A stretch of 64,000 bases of DNA from a virus. Its lineage: Duplodnaviria; Caudoviricetes. The stretch spans positions 64,001 to 128,000 of IMG/VR virus record IMGVR_UViG_3300002835_000001; one strand, 5' to 3'. Below are positions 27,422-37,800 of the stretch, in pieces. Positions within the stretch are counted from its first letter, which is position 1; each line of letters starts with the position of its first letter. The translations under genes and the position numbers were made by a program. The notes beneath the pieces are model-generated. The model had not been told where the DNA came from and did no database searches. It was given only the letters and a program-made list of their open reading frames with translations.

Positions 27422-28812
27422 TATTTCATTTTGACATTTATGAATTTAGTATTTGGATACAAGGTATCGTCTATATTATCAATATCTAAAACATCTAAAA
27501 TTTTGTTTAGTCCATCTTTTTTATAGTTTATCTTACCTTGTTGCATTTCGGTAACAAATCGTTTTTCGTTTCTTGCGGTTGTTTCACCTTTAGCCCATCT
27601 ACCGTTCATGAAACCTTCATCTACGTGTGGTAAACAATAAAATCTACCTTCTCTTCTATATGGTAATATATTTTCAACTACTTCAATATTTTCTTCAATC
27701 ATATTCACATTTGACACTTCTAATTGTTCGGAGAAATTATATCTTAAAACTAAATCATTCTCTCCATCAATTGCATCCATAACATTTTCTTTAAATGTAT
27801 TGAATATTTTAACATCAGCAATTTTACCTTTATATCTGGTATTTGTTTGATTACAAAACCCAAGAAGGAATGGTCTAATTGCGTCATGTGATCTTAAATT
27901 GTTTACAGGAAATGGTATTTCACTTTTAACACCATTCATTTGTGCTGTTAAAGTATCATTAATGTAAAAGAACACTTCATTTGTTTCACTTTTAAATGAC
28001 ATTGTTACCCAAGTCCATAAACCCTCAAACCTTTTTCCCCAATTATAATGTCTCATATTACTCTTATCAAACAATTGCATAGTAATTGCTCTTGAGTTGT
28101 TAAAAGACAATCCCCAAGTCCATGAACCATCTTTTCTAAGTAATGGGTATTCAATAAAACGTTTTTCCGCGTCTCCAACTAACCAAATTGGAACCTTCTC
28201 TGGTTGTTGTTCTGCATTAAAAAGTATTGATATTGTGTGGTCATTATGTAAACAGGAACTAATTTCTCTGTTTGTTTCTAATACAACTAATGTATCTTCA
28301 CCGTTGAATATTCCAACATTTTTATTTTCATATTTTTTAAAGACTTTGCCGGTGGTATAGTTTTCAAAATAACATCTCCAAAATAAATCATCGTCTTCTT
28401 GCCCCCAATCCCAATAATCGTTAGAATAACCATTTATATTATATGCTTGTTCTTTTGTGAATAGAACGACTCCACCAAAATATTGGTCATATCCTAAATT
28501 GTAATTATATTTAGATAACTTAGTTGCAATGTGTAACGGATCTTCGGTTGGGTATGAATAGTCACATTCCTCATGAGATAACATATCTACGTCATGCCAC
28601 GCAACATAGTCACATCCGTCTTCAAAAGCATGGTGTGCTGCGATGTTTTTCATGGCACCTCTGTTAAACAATTTATCGTCTACTTGATGTCCAACATAAA
28701 ATGTGTGGTCAATACCTTTCTCAGTTAAATGTTTTGATAGATGTGGTATTAATCTTTCAATGTGTTCTTTTCTGTTTCTATATGGTATACAGATTCCTAA
28801 TTTATGACTCAT
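27421..28812 (-). CDS. GT7 (beta-1,4-galactosyltransferase-like) glycosyltransferase with an inserted LamG-like domain
   Basis: IPYRNR, FNRGAMKN, HDVD, YFGGV, INGYSNDYWDWGQEDDDL; insert with WTWVTMSF, FYIND, GKIADVKIFN. Confidence 0.8.
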   Translation of the reverse strand: MSHKLGICIPYRNRKEHIERLIPHLSKHLTEKGIDHTFYVGHQVDDKLFNRGAMKNIAAHHAFEDGCDYVAWHDVDMLSHEECDYSYPTEDPLHIATKLSKYNYNLGYDQYFGGVVLFTKEQAYNINGYSNDYWDWGQEDDDLFWRCYFENYTTGKVFKKYENKNVGIFNGEDTLVVLETNREISSCLHNDHTISILFNAEQQPEKVPIWLVGDAEKRFIEYPLLRKDGSWTWGLSFNNSRAITMQLFDKSNMRHYNWGKRFEGLWTWVTMSFKSETNEVFFYINDTLTAQMNGVKSEIPFPVNNLRSHDAIRPFLLGFCNQTNTRYKGKIADVKIFNTFKENVMDAIDGENDLVLRYNFSEQLEVSNVNMIEENIEVVENILPYRREGRFYCLPHVDEGFMNGRWAKGETTARNEKRFVTEMQQGKINYKKDGLNKILDVLDIDNIDDTLYPNTKFINVKMK

Positions 28813-30230
28813 ATCGATACTGTTACGTGTGTTTCGTTGTTCACCTTGGCGTGTCCAATTTCTTTATATTTACAATTATTTAATCCATCTTCTTTTGTAT
28901 TTTTAGAACCTCTCAAAAGTTCATTATAATATTTCATTTGATTAAATCTAGTGGTTTGTTCCTTCCATGAACCATTTACAAATCCATTTTCCTCATGAGG
29001 TGTTAATCGAAATGTGCCGTTTCTTCTATGAGGAATAAAAACACTTTTTGTTTCTTCAAAATCATAACTTACAATTTCACAATTGTGAATTTGACCATTA
29101 TTATTGTTTCCCGATAAATCAAATAATTGATATCCCTTTATAAATTTAGCGTCATAATATAACTTTAAATTGTCCGTAGATTTATATTCACCAAATTCTT
29201 GAGTTAATCCAAAATTTTTATTTTTTGATATTTCAAGTATTTCATTTTTTTCCAAAATCTTATCAAATACTGCAAATGAATTAATTAATCCACTAAAGTG
29301 TTTTGATTCGTCTTCTTTTTCGGGATTACCAATACCCATATAGAATTTTTTTTGTCTTTTATAATTAAACAATTCATTTACATATGTTTTTGAACCGATT
29401 AATTCACCGTCTTGATAAACATTAATAATTTTTTCGTCTGGATTAATTGTAACGCACATATTTGTTTTGTAGTTAACTTTCTTTTCTGAATTAACGTATA
29501 TTACATTTAGTTCGTCATCATAAATCTCAAAATTATATCTACCATATGAATTATAAGATATTAATAAGTCGGCACCCGGTACACAAAATGCGGCATATGT
29601 ATCGTCATATTTCTCATGATGACATTTAATGTCATCAGGATAAAAAGATATAAAAATGGTAAATGGTTTACCCTGACATATAATATTATTACCTTCAACA
29701 TATGAGTTGTGTCCGTTAAATTTTAATGCTGCGGTGTTACCACCCATCATTTTAATTTCTTTGGTATCTAACGGTAAACGATTTAGAATACATCTAAATA
29801 ATAAATCATCGTCTTCATAACCCCACCCCCAATATTCGTTTGAGTACCCATTAATTTGTTCAAACATATCAATTGGAATCATAGTAACACCCCCAAAGTA
29901 TTCGTCGAATAATGTTCTTTCAAAATTTTTGGGTGATATAAAATTTGTGGCTAAATGTAATGGCTTGTTTGAATAAGAATAATCAACATCAACCGGTACC
30001 ATGTCAACGTCATGAAATACAACGTAATCACATTTTAATTTCTTTGCATAAAGAAATCCGATGTTTAATAATTTACCTCTATTAAAATTTTTAGCATCGT
30101 CTTGTTCGACTATAATTAACTCATAATCAATTCCTTTATTTTTTAAAAATAATTTAATACGTTTTTTAAAAATAATTAAATGATCATACCTATTTCGATA
30201 TGGAACGATGATACCCAATTTTTTATTCAT
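28809..30230 (-). CDS. GT7 glycosyltransferase with an inserted LamG-like domain (paralog)
   Basis: VPYRNR, FNRGKLLNIG, HDVD, INGYSNEYWGWGYEDDDL; insert LKFNG...VYQDGE...FAVFDKIL...DLSGNNNNG. Confidence 0.8.
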   Translation of the reverse strand: MNKKLGIIVPYRNRYDHLIIFKKRIKLFLKNKGIDYELIIVEQDDAKNFNRGKLLNIGFLYAKKLKCDYVVFHDVDMVPVDVDYSYSNKPLHLATNFISPKNFERTLFDEYFGGVTMIPIDMFEQINGYSNEYWGWGYEDDDLLFRCILNRLPLDTKEIKMMGGNTAALKFNGHNSYVEGNNIICQGKPFTIFISFYPDDIKCHHEKYDDTYAAFCVPGADLLISYNSYGRYNFEIYDDELNVIYVNSEKKVNYKTNMCVTINPDEKIINVYQDGELIGSKTYVNELFNYKRQKKFYMGIGNPEKEDESKHFSGLINSFAVFDKILEKNEILEISKNKNFGLTQEFGEYKSTDNLKLYYDAKFIKGYQLFDLSGNNNNGQIHNCEIVSYDFEETKSVFIPHRRNGTFRLTPHEENGFVNGSWKEQTTRFNQMKYYNELLRGSKNTKEDGLNNCKYKEIGHAKVNNETHVTVSI

Positions 30231-30470
30231 TTACTTTTTCTTTGGTTTGTCTTCCCGATTCTCATCTTTAGATGTCGATTCAACCTCATTTTCTAACACC
30301 GATTTATGCCATTGATGTAAATAAAATTGGATTCTACTGCTCCAATCTTCTTTGTCAATCTCTTCAAACCAAATTGTTAATGCATCCATTGAATTGGCAA
30401 TTTTTTCTAGTGCCTTTACTTTACGTTGTTCTAAAAGTAATTGTTCCGTTTTTTCTTCTTTTTCTGTCAT
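30231..30470 (-). CDS. Hypothetical protein (79 aa)
   Basis: ORF coupled to both neighbours; no family recognised. Confidence 0.55.
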   Translation of the reverse strand: MTEKEEKTEQLLLEQRKVKALEKIANSMDALTIWFEEIDKEDWSSRIQFYLHQWHKSVLENEVESTSKDENREDKPKKK

Positions 30471-31318
30471 ATTGATATTATTTTTTTAATTAATTTATTC
30501 CATTGTTTATATCTTTTAAATTCGGGTTCTCCGTATGAATGTTCAATCATAAAATCTTTATGGTTAACATCAATTTTAAATTTACTTTTTCTTAAACTGT
30601 GGTACATCGTCGCATATTCATTTGAGTATGCATATTCTTGTTTCACATCAGCAACTGATTTAATCCTATCAATACAGGTTTTATCCCACTTGAAGTGGTG
30701 TACTTGCACATATTCATTTGGATTAATTAGTGGGTGGTTCCATCCTTGCCATTTCCAAGTTGTTTGTCCATCAATTTTGGTATAGTGTTGACCTGATGTA
30801 ATTTCAATATGTCCTTTCATTACGCATATCTTATTAGGACATGCTTTACTCATTGGGTATCTAAAAAATCCCATAACGGGAAATTGTTCAAATATCAGTT
30901 TGTCTTCTTTTATTTCAGAAAACTCTCCATCTTCACCTATTCTATCAATGAATCCACCTCTAACAACATCCCACCCATTCTCATCACAATTACTAATTAA
31001 TTTTCTTAAATCATCTTCAGGATATAAATGAAATTCATCAATGTCGGCAACTACCCACCAATCATTTGGTTGTGTGTTCTTAACAAAATTATATAATTGT
31101 GTAACCTTCTCCCAATCAAAAACTCTATTCTTAATAACCTTAATAATTTTTACATTATCATGATTATCAATCAGTTCTTTAACTTCATTACCTAATAGCG
31201 GGTACATCTCGGTTTCATAAACGGCAATGTTTATTTCATCAACATATTTTTTATAATGATTAATAAAATGTGGTAGTAAATTTGTTCCGTGACCTATAAC
31301 AGTAACTAATCGAATCAT
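30467..31318 (-). CDS. GT2-like (GT-A fold) glycosyltransferase
   Basis: WWVVADIDEF (DxD); HFINHY near the N-terminus; HHFKW. Confidence 0.65.
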   Translation of the reverse strand: MIRLVTVIGHGTNLLPHFINHYKKYVDEINIAVYETEMYPLLGNEVKELIDNHDNVKIIKVIKNRVFDWEKVTQLYNFVKNTQPNDWWVVADIDEFHLYPEDDLRKLISNCDENGWDVVRGGFIDRIGEDGEFSEIKEDKLIFEQFPVMGFFRYPMSKACPNKICVMKGHIEITSGQHYTKIDGQTTWKWQGWNHPLINPNEYVQVHHFKWDKTCIDRIKSVADVKQEYAYSNEYATMYHSLRKSKFKIDVNHKDFMIEHSYGEPEFKRYKQWNKLIKKIISI

Positions 31319-32061
31319 TTTTTCTTATTAATAATGGTTATACCACTTGATGATGGTTTATCCATTAATATACGAAAATTATGTAAATTAATCAAATTAT
31401 AGTCGGTATTTTTTTCAAGTTCTTTAACAAACTTTGCCGGACCATTAAATTTATGGTGGTCTTTTTTTGAATCTTCGGAAACAATTAACGTTTCTTCATA
31501 GTTCTCATCTGTATCGTGTATAATTATTATACCATTATCTGACATTATCTTTGAATATAATTCAAAATCGGTTTTAACTCCTTCATATGAGTGGTCACCA
31601 TCAATGAATAGTACGTCTATTTTAATATCTTGTCTAACAAAAAAATCATAATACGCGTCGACAGAAGTCGATTTAATAAACCTCGGATAAAAATTTGTCC
31701 TGTAGAATGATTCTTCATTATCCAAATCGTTTGGACCACCAATACCATTGCAAGCGTCAACAACGTAAGTAACCCCAATGTTACCCCAATTATAGTCTCC
31801 ATTTCCTTCAAATATATTTTGTTTATGTAAATCAATTCTCGCTTGTGTCATGATTCTTGGTATAAACCCTCCTCCTGACCCTATACAGACGCAAATTTTA
31901 CCTCTCATGTGTTGGATGATAGAATATACCAAAAGGCCGTCACCCATGTGTAAATCGGTTGCACCGTGTGTCCAACGATATGGTACCGGTTCATCACCAT
32001 TGTTGGTGATATTCTTTTTTATAAAATTATCATTTGTTATCATCTCATCCAATTTGGCCAC
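31315..32061 (-). CDS. Class I SAM-dependent methyltransferase (Methyltransf_24-like)
   Basis: CIGSGGG, IDVLFIDGDHSYEGVKTDF, IIIHDT. Confidence 0.8.
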   Translation of the reverse strand: MAKLDEMITNDNFIKKNITNNGDEPVPYRWTHGATDLHMGDGLLVYSIIQHMRGKICVCIGSGGGFIPRIMTQARIDLHKQNIFEGNGDYNWGNIGVTYVVDACNGIGGPNDLDNEESFYRTNFYPRFIKSTSVDAYYDFFVRQDIKIDVLFIDGDHSYEGVKTDFELYSKIMSDNGIIIIHDTDENYEETLIVSEDSKKDHHKFNGPAKFVKELEKNTDYNLINLHNFRILMDKPSSSGITIINKKK

Positions 32062-32765
32062 AAATGTCGTGGTGTGTGTCTTCTACTTATACTTATCATC
32101 TTACCTTCCAATAATTTGTACAATTTAATGTCTCTTTGTATTTCTATATTTGCAGACTTACAACTTATCTGTATTGATATTCCTTCACCAGCACCGCTTA
32201 TTTCTTTTTTCAAAGGTAAGTCTGAATATTCTTTTACTACTTGTAATTTCTCATAATAGTGATAAAATGAATTTACATCAAACCCATCTTTGTTTATTAT
32301 CAAGAAATATTCCCACATTGTTTCAAAATTAAAAAATGGTGGATATAATTTAGATGCATAATCAACATATGTTTTCCATTCAGGATTGGTTTCATTTACT
32401 AAATCTTTTACAATACCTTTTTTTGCACTATGATTCAATAAGGTATCAATATATGATACACCTTTATTAAAACTATATGTTTTTAATGATTCTAAAAATG
32501 AATAATCTGTGACGTGTGTGTCCGCATCAAGTAAAATGCAAATATCATGATTTTTTAAGATGTATTTTGGTAATATCATCTTATCTGAATATGACTTTAA
32601 GTGTCTATCATATTGGATTACAGTTACTTCTGTAAATTCTTCAGGTTTATCTGTTAAAACGTATACCGATAAACCCACCTTCAATAATTCTTTGATTTTT
32701 TCTTTGGCTCCTTTATAATAATAGTCTTCACCAAAACAAAATATTCCAAATCCTATGTTGTTCAT
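32040..32765 (-). CDS. Putative GT-A glycosyltransferase-like protein
   Basis: FCFGEDY, VYVLTDKPE, ICILLDAD (DxD); context of glycosyltransferase genes. Confidence 0.4.
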   Translation of the reverse strand: MNNIGFGIFCFGEDYYYKGAKEKIKELLKVGLSVYVLTDKPEEFTEVTVIQYDRHLKSYSDKMILPKYILKNHDICILLDADTHVTDYSFLESLKTYSFNKGVSYIDTLLNHSAKKGIVKDLVNETNPEWKTYVDYASKLYPPFFNFETMWEYFLIINKDGFDVNSFYHYYEKLQVVKEYSDLPLKKEISGAGEGISIQISCKSANIEIQRDIKLYKLLEGKMISISRRHTPRHLWPNWMR

Positions 32766-32800
32766 AGGTAAAATATAAATAATTTATATTAGAATGTAAA

Positions 32801-33385
32801 TTACATAGCACCTAAAAACATTCCCGTAAATAAAAAGTAATCTGAGTAGAATCTACCAACACCCCCACCAAAATATGGTCGAACGCTAACATAATCACCT
32901 ATACCTAAATAAATGATACCATGTGTATGAATACCATCTACGTGATTCGCAACGGAACCATGACCATATATGTTTAATGGGGTATATCCTTCATTCCAAG
33001 AGTCTACACCATTTTTACCAAATCCAAAATGGATATATCCGGATGTTGAATTGTTATCATTGTGATAATATGCTTGTGCATAAAAATAATAATGACCAGC
33101 TAATGGTGCGGTGAATCTACCTGTTGAATTGCTAAAACCAGAACCAACTTGTGTTGAGGTATAACCCATTTGACTGCCAACTTCTCTCCACGCTGTTCCA
33201 CCAAAATTTGCGGAGTACATCCACGTAGCTACAGTTCCACGGGCATTAAAAGATGGTTGTCCCGATGCCCGTAGGTTTGTACCAACACTTAAATTACCAT
33301 TCAAGGATACTCCCGTATCAAACGCACCTGAGTTTTGATTTATTGTTGATTCAGAATATGTTGTATCTCCTACGTATATTGCCAT
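32801..33385 (-). CDS. C1q-like globular domain protein
   Basis: PSFNA...FSNSTGRFTAPLAGHYYF...LGIGDYV...FTGMFL. Confidence 0.75.
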   Translation of the reverse strand: MAIYVGDTTYSESTINQNSGAFDTGVSLNGNLSVGTNLRASGQPSFNARGTVATWMYSANFGGTAWREVGSQMGYTSTQVGSGFSNSTGRFTAPLAGHYYFYAQAYYHNDNNSTSGYIHFGFGKNGVDSWNEGYTPLNIYGHGSVANHVDGIHTHGIIYLGIGDYVSVRPYFGGGVGRFYSDYFLFTGMFLGAM

Positions 33386-33388
33386 AAT

Positions 33389-33973
33389 TTAACCTATTAA
33401 ATATCCACAAAATAATGTATAACTACCATAAAGTTTACCAATTGTACCACCCCAACAAGGAATCACGCTAGCGTAATCCCCAACGCCTAAATTCATTATT
33501 GCCGATACATTTATACCATCTGAGTGATTAACTAATTCCCCATGACCATAAATATTATATGGTGTTTGACCATTATTCCAACTCACATTACCATTTAATG
33601 CCAATTGATAATGAACATACCCCGATGTACTATTGCTATCAATATAATAGTATGTTGAGGAGTGAAAATAATACTTCCCCGCAACTGGCGCTGTGTATCT
33701 ACCAGTAGATGTGCTGAATCCATATGATCCAGCACCTTGTTGAGATACTCCCCAACCTACGGGACTCCCCAATTCTCTACATCCTGTTCCACCAAACGAC
33801 GACCCATAAATCCAAGCACCACTTCCATTTGCATTAAATGCCGGTTGAACACCAATCGTTGTTGAATAAGCCGAGGGTGATGGTTGAACCAAATTACCGG
33901 TCAACGCTAACGCACCACTGGCTCCAGCTATTGTATTGTTACTATATGTTGCTCCTCCTAAATAAATTGGCAT
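33389..33973 (-). CDS. C1q-like globular domain protein
   Basis: PAFNA...FSTSTGRYTAPVAGKYYF...LGVGDY...FCGYLI. Confidence 0.75.
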   Translation of the reverse strand: MPIYLGGATYSNNTIAGASGALALTGNLVQPSPSAYSTTIGVQPAFNANGSGAWIYGSSFGGTGCRELGSPVGWGVSQQGAGSYGFSTSTGRYTAPVAGKYYFHSSTYYYIDSNSTSGYVHYQLALNGNVSWNNGQTPYNIYGHGELVNHSDGINVSAIMNLGVGDYASVIPCWGGTIGKLYGSYTLFCGYLIG

Positions 33974-34263
33974 TATAAAAAGGGATCAGGTGATGGGTTT
34001 ATCATGTCACCATACACATCTGGTTGTACTTGACTTCTTTCTTCAGCTGAAACAATGTTTGATGCCATAACAATTTCTTCTTTTGACCCAGATATTGTTT
34101 CACCCGCAGCTAATTTTCTTGTTATCTCATTACTTACAATTTCATCAATTGCAGATTCACATCTTGCAAATACAAAATTTTCAAACCAATCTTGTGGATC
34201 TACTGCAACCCATCTTAATGCTTTCTCTTGTGCTTCTGTTAATGTTACTGTGTACTGTGCCAT
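33973..34263 (-). CDS. Small acidic protein in the C1q cassette (possible fibre assembly factor)
   Basis: 96-aa ORF between C1q genes; role inferred from position only. Confidence 0.5.
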   Translation of the reverse strand: MAQYTVTLTEAQEKALRWVAVDPQDWFENFVFARCESAIDEIVSNEITRKLAAGETISGSKEEIVMASNIVSAEERSQVQPDVYGDMINPSPDPFL

Positions 34264-34294
34264 ATTTTTTGTTTTTTATAAATATAATTAATTT

Positions 34295-34888
34295 TTAACC
34301 AATTTTCCACCCCCAAAATCCTGTGTGTGCTCCATAAAGTCTAGTTGTATTTGCATTAATATAAACTCTAATGTCAACATAGTCACCCGCGGCTAATGAC
34401 ATAACTCCCGATACACAAATACCATCAGGATAATTTCCGGCAGCGCCATGTGTATAAATTGTATATGGTGTTTGACCATTATTCCAACCTAATCCACCAT
34501 TTTTTGCAAATTGTGGGTGAATATAACCGGCACCAGTGTTGTATGGTGAGGAAAGATCGTTCAACATATAAAGATTCATCATAAAATGATAATAACCCGC
34601 AGATGGTGCTGTGAATCTACCTGTTGATGTACTAAAATTACCTGTTCTATCTGTTGTTACCCATGCAATTCTTGAATCTAATATATTCCACTGTGCCGCA
34701 CCGTTCCAACCAGAATCGTTTGGGTACCTCCACGCATTTAATGATCCGTTTGCTCTAAATATTGGGTTGTTAATACCTCTTCTATGCCAACCACTAATTG
34801 CTAATGATGTGCTTGGTAATGACAATGTACCAGATGCTGGCGTAATTGTTTTGTCCCCAAATATTGTACCTTCTACATTTAATGGCAT
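34295..34888 (-). CDS. C1q-like globular domain protein
   Basis: FSTSTGRFTAPSAGYYHF...LAAGDYVDI...FWGWKI. Confidence 0.75.
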   Translation of the reverse strand: MPLNVEGTIFGDKTITPASGTLSLPSTSLAISGWHRRGINNPIFRANGSLNAWRYPNDSGWNGAAQWNILDSRIAWVTTDRTGNFSTSTGRFTAPSAGYYHFMMNLYMLNDLSSPYNTGAGYIHPQFAKNGGLGWNNGQTPYTIYTHGAAGNYPDGICVSGVMSLAAGDYVDIRVYINANTTRLYGAHTGFWGWKIG

Positions 34889-34889
34889 A

Positions 34890-37800
34890 CTATATTTTTT
34901 CTAAAACAATTTTAAATTTTTCTCCGTTATTATTGTTAATAATATACAGATTTTCTACACCTTCCTGTATAGTCCACGTACCTTTTGTTCCATCAATATC
35001 ATTTCCTTCAGGTTTATTCATGTTACTTAAGTGCAAGTCATTCGTATAAACGTTAGCCCAACCGAGTGATGCTGAACCTAAATTATATGAGTTATTTGAA
35101 CTTGGTAATAGGTTAGTGTGTGACCTAACATTACTGTCACTAGTACCTATAGAAAATAAGACAGTTCCCAAATCTTCTGAATCATAAAATCGGATACCAC
35201 CATATGATGATTGTGCACCCATGCGGATACCTGTATGCCACCTCAAATCTAATTTAGCATGATTACCTCCAAAGTTTTCCTTATTAGTACCTATGTAATA
35301 ATTAGTAATCGCATCAGTATCACCACCACCAAAAAATAATCTTGTGGAATCGACTGAACTATGTGCATTATTTGAATAGTTTCCACCTATAACCAAATAT
35401 CCACTTGTAACGGCATTACTTGATAGGGTTCCAGTACTACCGGCAGTTGTTGCACTTGTTGCGGTTGCGGCATTACCATCAATACTAACACCTGTTAATG
35501 TTTGTGAGGAACTTGCCCTACCTAATGATATTGATGTTGTACCAACGTGGAAAGATGAGTTGGCTAAATTGGCATTTGCAATTGCTGTACCGTTCCAAGT
35601 ACCACTTGTAATTGTACCAACTGTTGTAATAGCTAATGCATTTATTCTTGCTAAGGTTTCATCACCGGTGTTTGTTCCTGAAGATGCTCCACTATAGTTT
35701 GATGATGCAAATGTTCCAGCAATTTGCATATTACCAGATGTTGCGTTTAACGAAGCAATTGGTGCGGTACTTAATCTACCCCAAGTAAATCCTCTACCGG
35801 GGTCCGCATCATTCATTTGTGTTTTAATAGAATAATCTGTAACTGTACCATACTGATACAATGAAGAGTTACCCATACTGATTTTATATGCGTCTGAGTC
35901 CCAAAATTTAATTCCATTTCCATTACCCGCCGTTACGTTATAAAAACTATTTGAATTACTACCGTTTGGTGCGGTTGTTGCTGTAGCGGCATTACCATCA
36001 ATCGATACTCCAGTTAATGTTTGTGATGCACTTGCTCTACCTAAAGATATTGATGTTGTACCAACATGAAACGATGAGTTTGCTAAATTAGCATTTGCAA
36101 TTGCTGTACCATTCCAAGTACCACTTGTAATTGTACCAACTGTGGTGATTGCTAAAGCATTTATTCTTGCTAAGGTTTCATCACCGGTGTTTGTGCCACT
36201 TAGGTTTAGTAAAGAGGATACACTAGCAAGTGAAACAGGTGCGTAAGTACCATTACCAGTTGTACCAAAAAGCCATCCCACACCACTTGATATAGCAGTT
36301 GAACTAAAATTAGCATATCCCGCACCAGTACCCCATTGAGTAGCATAAGCAGCAGTACCATCAATACTAACTCCTGTTAACGTTTGTGATGCACTTGCCC
36401 GACCTAATGATATTGACGTTGTTCCAACGTGGAACGATGAATTTGTTAATTGTGCATTACCGATTCCTGTAACTTGTGCTGATCCGGAAAAAACACCGAC
36501 AGCATTTAATCTTGTTAATATACCTGACGCATAGTTTGTGGTTGCAGTTAAATCAATTTGTGCTGACCCTGATACAACAGATATACCATTAAAGAATGAA
36601 CCTGAATGTATTGTTGTTCCGTTTAATACTTGTGCACTACCTGAAACTGTACCTGAAGGTAAATTAGCTATTGTTTGTGCCGAACTTGAAACAATACCAC
36701 TTGGTATGTTACTTAATCCTGTGTATGATATTTGAGATGAACCAGATATAACCCCTTCGGTATTTAATTCTTTTTTAACCCCATCTAAGAAATGTACGGA
36801 ACCAGTATCTAATGTAAGTGTCCGTGTTGTTGAGATATCACCACCTCCACTTAAACCATTACCCGCACTAATTGATACGGCTGTATGATCAATATGTCTA
36901 TTTGCAACATATCCTGTTGTTGAGTCGTGTGCAATTTGAGATGAACCAGAAACTAGTGTAGGTTTATTTGCGACGTTAGAATATTCAACATACGATGCTG
37001 TTGCTGCGGTGCCTAATAAATTAGTTCCAACACCATTTGCCAATGTTGAAATATCGAGGAAGGCACCTCTTGCATTACCACCTTGTTCAAAAAATCTCAA
37101 TCTATTTTGCCAAACATCTATTGTTACACCATCACCCGCAAGTGTTGTGTTGGTTATTGCTTTACCTAATAATATTTCACCACCCTCGTCTCCACCAGCA
37201 GCATTTACTGTTAATTTATTACCACCAGCAACAATTAATGAACCTGTAATTTCAGTATTATTATTTAGACTAATTTTACTTCCATTATCAAAAATACTTG
37301 AAGTGGTTAAATGGTGTCCGTGTCCATTGTCCTCAACCTTGGTTAAAAAATTCCCAACTAGTGTTTGTGTGTTATCGATACCTGTACCTAACGGCCCATA
37401 TAATAAAATACTTGCGTCATCGGTTCCAACATCTGAATGTTGGAATTTCCAATTGTTTGTTAGTGAGTCATAAAACAAGGACGCAGTGACGTTTGTTGAC
37501 CCAGAATCAAAAACGGAAATACCCGCATATCTAATTGCAGGTGTGTCCGAATTTAGTATAATTTTATTCGTACCAATACTAACGGCTGATGCTGTTATAT
37601 TTTCTAAAGATGATGAACCTTGTACAATTAAGTTTTGAGAGATATAAAGTGAACCTGTTATCGTTTGAGTACCCTGAAATATATTTGAACCGGTTGTTGC
37701 ATAGCTACCAGTTTTAGATTCAATTGAATCTACCCGATTTTTTATTCCAAGAGTTGTGGTTGCAATACTAGAACTTAAACCACTTGTTGTTGTTGCAATA

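Noticed and set aside
32770-32800. Late motif or host-type promoter upstream of 32765
   Set aside because: Both matches are degenerate (TTATTTAT; TTTA-N19-TATATTTT) in very AT-rich sequence, so not called
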